From the IMG/VR virus record IMGVR_UViG_3300009514_000007, positions 41,381 to 105,380 of that record: DNA of 64,000 bases; one strand, written 5' to 3'. Below are positions 41,701 through 48,029 of the stretch, one piece after another; the first letter of the stretch is position 1, and each line of letters starts with the position of its first letter. Origin of the DNA: a virus. The notes below the pieces were generated by a model. The model saw only the letters and a program-made list of their open reading frames with translations, was not told the origin of the DNA and ran no database searches. The position numbers and the translations under genes are program-made.

Positions 41701-44377
41701 GCACGAGCCCGATGCCCCTAACTACGGTGGGAACGTGGTGCTGTTCTCCGAGATCGACCGCGAGAACGAGGCTTTCATCGACAGAGGGTCCAAGACCCTT
41801 CTCCTGCGTCCGTACCAGGATCTCAGCATGACCATGCGAGGGTTCACGACGGAAGCCTCGCCCTCTCTGCTCGGTCCTACGGGCTACCCTGCTGTGCCAC
41901 TGATCCCGAACGGGTGGAACGGACCCAAGGACGACGCTCAGATCTTCACGACGACCTGGCTGATGGGCTACACGGTGCCGCATGAGTGGATGCCTCGTTT
42001 TGGCCGTCAGGACATTCCCTACTACCAGGACAACGGACCCAACTACGGCACTGGCCGGTTCTTGGAGGGGATCAATCACCTGTTCACGGACGGCACGGAC
42101 CTGACCAACCCGGTTTTCAGCGTCATTGGCGGTGAGGACAACACCACGGGCGGGCAGCTTGTGACCCGTTTCTTGGCGCAGACGGGCACGACCTCCGGGT
42201 TCAAGTACGGGCAGTATGGAACTGTCACGGGTCCGACGACTCCGGCATATCAGGGCCGACTCCTGAGTGCCATCGGTACGGGCACCCCCGAAGCCGAGGC
42301 CATCACGAATCGGGTCAACTCCATCGTATCCTCGGATTTTGGTGTGGGCCTCAACGGCATCCAGCTTCCGCCCTACCTCGGCATCGCCCGCTTGTTCGGC
42401 GTGTATGACCGTCGAGACTACGTGGCGAAGGGTGGAGTGTCGTTTGACACGGATCGCGTGACGCCGCTGGCGAACAACGCGGTCAACCTGCTCAGGCGAG
42501 ACGCAGACAAGCAGACCCTTTTCATCCTCCAAGACGGAGCAAAGGATCTGACCGGCGAGGACGACGACCACACCTACGTCATTCCCGAGAACGCGATCGA
42601 CATCACCCGGTCCCCCAATTTCGTGGGCGGGGAGACGTTCTCTGACCTGGAGTACGTGGTCGAGTTCACCTGTTTCGGATTCGCACGCGGGTTCGTAAAC
42701 AAGAACAACTTTGTTCTGGCTCGCCGTCACGATGGTCAAGGGAACAGCATTACCGATGGGGATAACCCCGAGCTTGAGAACATCCGCATGACCATCCCGC
42801 ACGCGGCTCCTGACTCGTCACGAGCCTACGTCGCGTACAACCGCACGGTCTACCAGGGCGACCCCTACATGAGCCGTGCGGGCTCCGTGAGGACCAATAG
42901 CGACTACGAGCACCGCTACGGTCAGGTCGCTGTCTCCGACGCTTTCGCTGTGGGTGACGACATCCAGCAATTCGACGCGGACGGGGTGCAGATCCCTGAG
43001 CGTCCGAACGCGCGTGCGTTTGAGGTCATGGCCTCGCTCGATTTCTACACGACGATGGGAACTGGCAACATCGGCGGGCGCTTGTACGCGGGCACCGTGA
43101 CCGACGTGGGCTACACCGAGGACAACGAGATCAGCGCGACCAGGATCCCGCCCGAGGTAGATACTCCGGCGAACCGGGTCCTTGCGCGTGCCTTCACCGA
43201 GGGTCAAAAGGAGAACCAGAGTCGAGCCTCCATCAATCTGCGGATTGAGGGCACGGCCATGACATTCTTCCCTGCGGCAGACGCTACAAAGGTCACGATC
43301 AAGAAGCTCAACGGTGACCTTGTTTCGTTCACAGCCAACAACGGCGCCACGGTGGACGCGGATAAGTTCGATGCGTCCTCGCCTGACGAGGTAGTGATTG
43401 CCAAGGAGCTTACGGACAAAATCAACGCCCGTACTGCTCTGGACGACACGCTGGTCGCGTTCAACGACATTGACGATCAGGTGCTTCGGCTCGTTTCGCG
43501 GGTCGTCGGGGACGAGGGCAACGGCATCCGTGTCTCGATCAATGACATCACGAATCTAAAACTCCAGAAGCCGGTCACGGGCGAGGAAACTCTCGATGCC
43601 GTGTTCACCGACTGTTTCTTGGAGGGCGGGATCGATCTGGCAGTCAACGGCGGGAACGGCACGACCCAGATCGACCTGACCGGCATGACCGAGCGGTTCC
43701 CACTTGGCATCTTGTTTCAAGACTCCGATTTCATCGGGGAGAACCCGCTTGGAGACAGCGCTTCGGCGGTGCAGACGGTGCTTGGAGGTATCCGCCCGGT
43801 GCAGAATCTCTTGCCGCTCACTCGTAGCGGGGGTGAGGAATTCACCCGATTTGCGGGCGCCCCCGGCGAGTTGATCGGCATGGGGGATGGCGCGATTCTC
43901 CAGTACAGCGCGTTTGACGAGAACACGAACCCCGGAGGCAGTCGCCGGTTCCGTCTGTTCCGTGGCGGCGGCTCGGTGTTCGTACTCGGCGGCCGTAACC
44001 CCGGAGGCCCGATCGACTACGTGTCCGGTTCCCTGGAGCCGCCCCTCAACCCGGTCCTCAAGGGCGGCTTGCTCGCGTGCAAGGTGCTTTTGGTCCGTAA
44101 CCTGACCGAGCGTGCTTTTTCCACGGACGATGTGACGACCGAGGGAGACGAGCTACAGATGGTGGTGATCACCACGGGCATCCTTGGCAACGGTAGAACC
44201 CGCCGCGAAGGGGTCACACTTGACGGAATCATTGGCCCGACTGGATTCGGGGAAGGCGACGCGGCCTCTGACCGCTACCGCCTCAATGGCAAGCCCATGT
44301 GGAAGGGTCGGGTCCGCGTGACCAATGACCCGGCCACCATCGCCCTCGCCCCATTCCCAGGACGAGACACGGAGTAG
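38759..44377 (+). CDS. DUF4815-like virion protein, paralogue 2 (1872 aa)
   Basis: VVYQRGKPPLDSEHN N-terminus; collinear similarity with 26753-30208. Confidence 0.75.
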   Translation: MADLGNGVSRTLSALMRQFQLVVYQRGKPPLDSEHNLLQQIQNETAANWVRSQMPSGFFLDPTRPLDDFVTDSLNANQFRFGQQKRNDAGNVEELAPIMWANVNGWLVPVVGTNNPESNATDNIVTLNPPPDSDTRVDFVFLEVWRVNVAANDSTKNKPSADKIWKYGNVEFGQANIDDDLTDPAIGYETTERVQLQYRIRVVGEGSGAGVSPALDVYPDGLDDPNVRAQGPLSAPSAQAYAVWTNMRADLGDASLWRAGDGDPANDFGTVDGYVYAIPMCGIFRRNNQPYVAVNTAGNPNQNGAFNRTPSSALLTNPRDGARLLNQAALVSDMPAEQFTVLTEVEVDGLIGSGFDDAGISFTNTFLVIDDEVIAIDSIDTTVSPARIRIPANGRGQWGSDPLGHAGRSDPAVAGSGTAITFFNTRPDGKFADEVALDDVFDMRRGVNFGDWDYERLLMHNAAALMRNRLRSTWKQTGVPSGDTEGVTVHEVDYLLQDGATAVPNGTEAMDGPDGIRTVFSDAATLQADVTSLLDNEGTMNSGFIQTFDDLVFWDAGADFKPGGFMNNRNNTDPGFKNGTTIFMYIGGDDGNEGARKTFRNGATRAVRYVMPREHFVSRQDDPDTGRQHPVTLSWTSSDQQNAVATGPGSGLQALTPAGPGEAASEHPGAMYPLSFLNFEKPFIVLGGVIESSLNLSGLVAATLHDNTTDPGTIPLGEGEIELPGFDFDAVNDWYTLDTNGEYELTPTANLSFPVLRGQRTLYDMLTAGGRDRTGSSSEVYLILYGDIDAEENNGAFQVIGAGTGGMTQKIAGGSNRLRVRFLSQNVTTFDVTSTSVTISLQVRSQHSNAEDGGGQATGPSAMTITLTDIQAEEGGGANPWNEANINPGTVDGKTLEQPFDYKCLANMTLQYHPGRGAMARVPDHIERVAIQQPNVQMLRQSRANLDTDFPALTGAPGSPPEAEFTPTHIQTWNRLPSLGQHEPDAPNYGGNVVLFSEIDRENEAFIDRGSKTLLLRPYQDLSMTMRGFTTEASPSLLGPTGYPAVPLIPNGWNGPKDDAQIFTTTWLMGYTVPHEWMPRFGRQDIPYYQDNGPNYGTGRFLEGINHLFTDGTDLTNPVFSVIGGEDNTTGGQLVTRFLAQTGTTSGFKYGQYGTVTGPTTPAYQGRLLSAIGTGTPEAEAITNRVNSIVSSDFGVGLNGIQLPPYLGIARLFGVYDRRDYVAKGGVSFDTDRVTPLANNAVNLLRRDADKQTLFILQDGAKDLTGEDDDHTYVIPENAIDITRSPNFVGGETFSDLEYVVEFTCFGFARGFVNKNNFVLARRHDGQGNSITDGDNPELENIRMTIPHAAPDSSRAYVAYNRTVYQGDPYMSRAGSVRTNSDYEHRYGQVAVSDAFAVGDDIQQFDADGVQIPERPNARAFEVMASLDFYTTMGTGNIGGRLYAGTVTDVGYTEDNEISATRIPPEVDTPANRVLARAFTEGQKENQSRASINLRIEGTAMTFFPAADATKVTIKKLNGDLVSFTANNGATVDADKFDASSPDEVVIAKELTDKINARTALDDTLVAFNDIDDQVLRLVSRVVGDEGNGIRVSINDITNLKLQKPVTGEETLDAVFTDCFLEGGIDLAVNGGNGTTQIDLTGMTERFPLGILFQDSDFIGENPLGDSASAVQTVLGGIRPVQNLLPLTRSGGEEFTRFAGAPGELIGMGDGAILQYSAFDENTNPGGSRRFRLFRGGGSVFVLGGRNPGGPIDYVSGSLEPPLNPVLKGGLLACKVLLVRNLTERAFSTDDVTTEGDELQMVVITTGILGNGRTRREGVTLDGIIGPTGFGEGDAASDRYRLNGKPMWKGRVRVTNDPATIALAPFPGRDTE

Positions 44378-44380
44378 ACC

Positions 44381-44782
44381 ATGGCTAACCCTTCCGCAAC
44401 CCGAGTCGCGTCTCGCCACATCGAGGCGTACCGGAATCGACACGACAAGATCATTGACGACTGGTTTGACGACCAGCTTGACCCTCGCACGAAACGGCTC
44501 ATTCAACAGGCCAACCATGACCTCTATGAAGGTCCGCACTCGTCACCGGGATACCCTGGCTTTGAGCGGGCGACTCGCATGATCGGGCAGGCCCTTGATC
44601 GGTTCCGCACCGATCTGTGGCTCGACCAGCAAAGCGATATGGTTCAAGACTCGGAGCCGGAAGGGTGGGAGGACGAGGAAACGGGGGAGTGGATCGAGCC
44701 AGACTGGCATGACTGGATCCACTACGACTGGTCGGATGTGAAACGCATCGGGCTCGGAGCTTTGGCTGAGTACGTGAACTGA
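44381..44782 (+). CDS. Small acidic, Trp-rich protein; candidate internal head protein (133 aa)
   Basis: GGAG RBS; N-terminal RVASRH motif; acidic C-terminus EPEGWEDEETGEWIEPDW. Confidence 0.75.
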   Translation: MANPSATRVASRHIEAYRNRHDKIIDDWFDDQLDPRTKRLIQQANHDLYEGPHSSPGYPGFERATRMIGQALDRFRTDLWLDQQSDMVQDSEPEGWEDEETGEWIEPDWHDWIHYDWSDVKRIGLGALAEYVN

Positions 44783-45150
44783 TGTCCCCGCTCGATCTCA
44801 AGAGGCTTGCCATTCGGATCGAGCGGTTGCAGCGAATGAGCCGGCACGGCTGGTCGCCCGCTGATGACCTGGAGTTCAAGAACAAGCTCCCTGGTGGTCG
44901 AGACTCGCGCCGTGCGTTGCCCGACCCCAAAGACCTGCGGGAGTGGGCCAAGACGATCGGCAAGGATCTCCAGCTACAGCGGAACATCCGGCCCAAGTGG
45001 CGGCAGTGGATCACGACGACGCTGAACCTGGAGAGCGCGGCGTCGAGCAACGACCCACGCAACCCGAAGCGAATCATGCGTGACCTGTCTCGCGGGCGGT
45101 TCCCGCGACGGGCTGCCGTGGCGCGACGGTATTTGGCGCGTCAAAAATGA
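44782..45150 (+). CDS. Small basic protein; candidate internal head protein (122 aa)
   Basis: TGATG coupling; Arg/Lys-rich; C-terminal AVARRYLA motif. Confidence 0.7.
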   Translation: MSPLDLKRLAIRIERLQRMSRHGWSPADDLEFKNKLPGGRDSRRALPDPKDLREWAKTIGKDLQLQRNIRPKWRQWITTTLNLESAASSNDPRNPKRIMRDLSRGRFPRRAAVARRYLARQK

Positions 45151-45827
45151 CGCCCGACCCTTCCAAGGTCGCGGCTCGTTGGGCATCGCAGGACGAGCCG
45201 ATCCCCGACGAGTATGCCGGGGACCTGGAGTTGGTTGAGCAGTGGCAGGGCGGCACTCAATTCCATGTGCGCTGGCTGTCTGACGAGGTGAAAGACCTTT
45301 TGCGATCCGGGGATGTCCCCATGGACCTGATTGTGGCGCTCCGTCGTCACTACGGGTTCACTGAGGACGCTCGGGAGAGCGCCGGACACAAGGCGTTGAC
45401 GGCGAGACACCTGCGACTGCTCTACGCGCTCCGTGACAAGCATCCGTACTTTTTCAAGCCTCCGAGACAACGGGCCTACTACCGGGGGGTGGGCCTGCGC
45501 CGCGCGTCGGTCGAGAAGCTGATCGGCCCCATCGAACCTGCGCGGGGCAAGACCTCTAAGGTTCCCGTGGACCTGACGTTCCCTCTCCGGTGGAACAAGC
45601 ACTGGACCACGAATCTGCGGCTGGCTCGCTCGTGGGCCTCGGGGTTGGGAGGGCGAATCCCTCTCGTGCTGCACACGAATGCAACTGATCTGTTCGTACT
45701 CAACGTCCGGGGGATGCACGACCTGATCGGTTTCGATCGGGGCCGGTGGTCTGAGCAAGAGGTTGTGCCGGTGAAAAGCATCCCCGTGTCGCTGATCGAA
45801 TTACAGGGTTGGAAGCTGGCCGGGTAG
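45147..45827 (+). CDS. ADP-ribosyltransferase (R-S-E clade) with N-terminal KVAARW motif (226 aa)
   Basis: YYRG (45477-45488), HWTTxxxxAxxWA (from 45600) and EQE (45753-45761) in canonical ART order; ATGA overlap. Confidence 0.7.
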   Translation: MTPDPSKVAARWASQDEPIPDEYAGDLELVEQWQGGTQFHVRWLSDEVKDLLRSGDVPMDLIVALRRHYGFTEDARESAGHKALTARHLRLLYALRDKHPYFFKPPRQRAYYRGVGLRRASVEKLIGPIEPARGKTSKVPVDLTFPLRWNKHWTTNLRLARSWASGLGGRIPLVLHTNATDLFVLNVRGMHDLIGFDRGRWSEQEVVPVKSIPVSLIELQGWKLAG

Positions 45828-45836
45828 CATAGGGCG

Positions 45837-46229
45837 ATGCACCACCTGTCTCAACAACACATTGATATGAAGGTGCGCCGTCCTCACCTGGCGCGGTTCA
45901 AGAAGCAGTTGATCGAATCTCTCCGCGACCCCGGATTGTCCGCTGAGCAGGTTCAGATGATCCGCTCGCGCCTGGAGCGCCTGGGAAAACCCAAGGAATA
46001 TCGGGAGGGTACGACCCCTCCAGGGGGCCTCAATCCTGGTCCTATACCGAAGCGCCCTAGTAAAGAGATCGCTGTCGAGATCGGAACCTTCACCAACGAC
46101 TACCTATTTGGATTACCTCACTCCACGCTTGCTCGTTACTGCAAGCAAGAGGGCTTGGAGGTCAGGATGACCGACCCCAAGGCGACGCTCGTAGCAGCCA
46201 TTCTCAACTCAAAGGGAAACAACCAATGA
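45837..46229 (+). CDS. Hypothetical protein with C-terminal Rho-N/HeH-like helix-extension-helix (130 aa)
   Basis: LFGLPHSTLARYCKQEGLEVRMTDPKATLVAAIL matches the L..L...L...G......K..L...I pattern. Confidence 0.55.
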   Translation: MHHLSQQHIDMKVRRPHLARFKKQLIESLRDPGLSAEQVQMIRSRLERLGKPKEYREGTTPPGGLNPGPIPKRPSKEIAVEIGTFTNDYLFGLPHSTLARYCKQEGLEVRMTDPKATLVAAILNSKGNNQ

Positions 46230-46813
46230 TCAACCGACTCACGGTCCTTTTCGCTTTTCTCGTGGCGTTCGTTTTCACCGCTCCGCTGGCCCTCGCAGGT
46301 CCGCCGGAGGGTGACACGGCCGTTGAAACCAAGGCCGACGTAAAGGCCGATGCACCCGACGCCAAGGCAGACGAAAAAGCCGACGCGACAGAGGATGCCA
46401 AGGCAGACGAAAAAGCCGAGGCCAAGACAGATGACACCGATGGAACTGGAGGGACCGATGGGACCGATGGGACCGATGGCACGGATGGCACGGACGAGGC
46501 CGACGAAAAGCTCGGCGAGCATGTGGATGCTGCGATTGAGGCGGCTCGCTCCGGCGAGTGGGCTCTGATGGTGTCCGCTCTGATCATGCTGCTGCTCGGT
46601 GTCGGCCGGAAATTCAAGGTGCTCGACAAGGTGCCCTCCAAGACGTTGCCTTGGGTGGCCGTCATCTTGGGTGTCGCCGTCGCCGTCGCTGACGCCCTCG
46701 CCACAGGCGGAGAGCTTTCGCTGGAGCGGGTGCTGCAAGGTGTCATGGCTGGCGCGGCAGCATCCGGTCTGTGGGGGATGATCGGCAAGCACGTTCTTGG
46801 CAGCAAAAAGTAG
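46226..46813 (+). CDS. Holin-like membrane protein with N-terminal signal peptide and acidic linker (195 aa)
   Basis: Signal peptide ending ALA|GPPE and a D/E/T/A-rich linker. Three hydrophobic segments follow, ending in GVMAGAAASGLW, which resembles the GLAASGLY holin motif. Last gene of the late block. Confidence 0.6.
   Translation: MINRLTVLFAFLVAFVFTAPLALAGPPEGDTAVETKADVKADAPDAKADEKADATEDAKADEKAEAKTDDTDGTGGTDGTDGTDGTDGTDEADEKLGEHVDAAIEAARSGEWALMVSALIMLLLGVGRKFKVLDKVPSKTLPWVAVILGVAVAVADALATGGELSLERVLQGVMAGAAASGLWGMIGKHVLGSKK
46361..46419 (+). repeat. 23-bp direct repeat x2 (GCCAAGGCAGACGAAAAAGCCGA)
   Basis: Copies at 46361-46383 and 46397-46419, encoding AKADEKA. Confidence 0.9.
46451..46495 (+). 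repeat. 9-bp tandem repeat x5 encoding (GTD)5
   Basis: GGGACCGAT x3, GGCACGGAT, GGCACGGAC. Confidence 0.9.
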
Positions 46814-46835
46814 CTGCCCGCCCAACTTGCCCATT

Positions 46836-46872
46836 CAAGGGCCGCTCGGGAAACCGGGCGGCCCTTGCTTTT
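46836..46872 (+). terminator. Rho-independent terminator ending the late operon
   Basis: 14-bp stem CAAGGGCCGCTCGG / CCGGGCGGCCCTTG (one G-U), GAAA tetraloop 46850-46853, followed by CTTTT. Confidence 0.85.
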
Positions 46873-46900
46873 GGTTTCGGATCGTAGGCGCGTGTCGTTA
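46873..46900 (+). promoter_or_regulatory. Bipartite promoter motif GGTTTC-N14-TGTCGTTA
   Basis: Same spacing as the copies at 60745, 61184 and 61391; GTG start 5 nt downstream. Caveat: GGTTTC abuts the terminator T-tract. Confidence 0.55.
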
Positions 46901-46905
46901 AGGGG

Positions 46906-47160
46906 GTGGAGGAATTACGCCCTATGTCACGCGAACAAGATCGATGCTGGTGGTGTGACGAGCCCGCATCGAGCCGCAAGGCCCTGATCCTGGCTCCTGT
47001 TTCCGAGGCGCACTACCATGCCGCTTGCAAGAAGATCGCCGATCGTCAGCGTGCCCGAGGGGGCGTGAAGGTGGTCAAGCTCAAGAAGGCGCCTCCGCGC
47101 GTAGGTACGCGGGCGTTCAAGCGCGCCGTGAAGGCTGCCGAGGCCCGCAAGGCCGCGTAA
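46906..47160 (+). CDS. Small basic zinc-finger-like protein
   Basis: CWWC...HYHAAC and a Lys/Arg/Ala-rich tail. Start is GTG 46906 or ATG 46924. Confidence 0.65.
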   Translation: MEELRPMSREQDRCWWCDEPASSRKALILAPVSEAHYHAACKKIADRQRARGGVKVVKLKKAPPRVGTRAFKRAVKAAEARKAA

Positions 47161-47195
47161 TCGCTCAGATCAACGCCCATTTGGCGTAAGCAGCT

Positions 47196-47792
47196 ATGGT
47201 GAAGGACTACGTGACAAGCCTGGCTGAGATCCGTGCCGAGCAACGGAAGGGCCATGTGTGGACCGCGTACCTGGAAAAGCGCACTGGCGGGCTTGTTACG
47301 TCGTATGCGCGATACGTGTGGAACCCGCACCACTCCCGCTCCTTGGTTCAGGTGACCGTGGGCGCATTTTCAGAGGGCAAAAATCGTAAGAAATCCAGTG
47401 TTCAAGCGGCGGAAACGTCGTCGTTGCCCGTTTCGGCGGCAATTTCGTCCCTGGAAAGCAAGCTCGGGCACGGGTACGCTTTCACGGAACCAAAGGGGTC
47501 GATTGTTGTCTCCAATGTTCGCTCGTTCACCGAGCGCCGGGAAGCCATCGAGCAACCATCTCGTTCGGTGCCCCCCGATTTCGTGGACCCCTATGACCGC
47601 ATCCTCCGCATCGACCTTGATCTCGACTCGGGTCAATGGAGTGCTTTCGACAGCCTCGACCTGCGGGAAGCGAATTTCATCCTGTCACTCGACAGCCACG
47701 GGGCGGCGGACCTGTACGCGGAGCGCCCGCGCCGTCGTCTCAAAAAGAAAGGCCGGGTCGTTCGCTACGAATTGAGCCCGCCGGAGAGTTAG
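47196..47792 (+). CDS. Hypothetical protein with divergent WGR-like N-terminal domain (198 aa)
   Basis: AYLEK...VQVTVGAF...AISSLESKLGHGY follows the WGR layout (YLE...WGR...K.KKGY), but the WGR triad itself is not conserved. TGGCGTAA lies 6 nt upstream. Confidence 0.55.
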   Translation: MVKDYVTSLAEIRAEQRKGHVWTAYLEKRTGGLVTSYARYVWNPHHSRSLVQVTVGAFSEGKNRKKSSVQAAETSSLPVSAAISSLESKLGHGYAFTEPKGSIVVSNVRSFTERREAIEQPSRSVPPDFVDPYDRILRIDLDLDSGQWSAFDSLDLREANFILSLDSHGAADLYAERPRRRLKKKGRVVRYELSPPES

Positions 47793-47795
47793 ACC

Positions 47796-48029
47796 ATGCA
47801 GTCCAAGTGGAAAAAACTGAGGGAAGGGCATTGGGTGTCTTGGAACGGATACGAGATCCAAAAAGACGCCAAGGCCAAATCCAAGTGGCATCTCTACGAC
47901 CCTGACGGCGCGGCTGTCCACGTCGAAGGCCAGTGTACGTGGGGTAGTCTACGTGGAGCGCAACGAGCCCACGCAACGGTACAGTCCACAGGTGAAGCGC
48001 TCGCGGCGAGACACATCCACACCGCGTAA
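47796..48029 (+). CDS. Hypothetical protein (77 aa)
   Basis: GAGAG RBS and ATG; Trp/Lys-rich; overlaps the likely GroEL start region. Confidence 0.55.
   Translation: MQSKWKKLREGHWVSWNGYEIQKDAKAKSKWHLYDPDGAAVHVEGQCTWGSLRGAQRAHATVQSTGEALAARHIHTA

Noticed and set aside
1-44377. Acidic structural proteins as evidence of a halophilic (salt-in) host
   Set aside because: The cytoplasmic enzymes (SNF2, DnaB, GroEL) are not obviously acid-shifted, and acidity is common in large virion proteins. Not quantified.
26753-44377. Diversity-generating retroelement acting on fibre genes
   Set aside because: No reverse transcriptase in the window, and I saw no near-identical template/variable repeat pair differing at adenines.
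46361-46495. Short repeats as a CRISPR mini-array
   Set aside because: In-frame coding repeats of 9 and 23 bp with no unique spacers of CRISPR length, and no cas genes.
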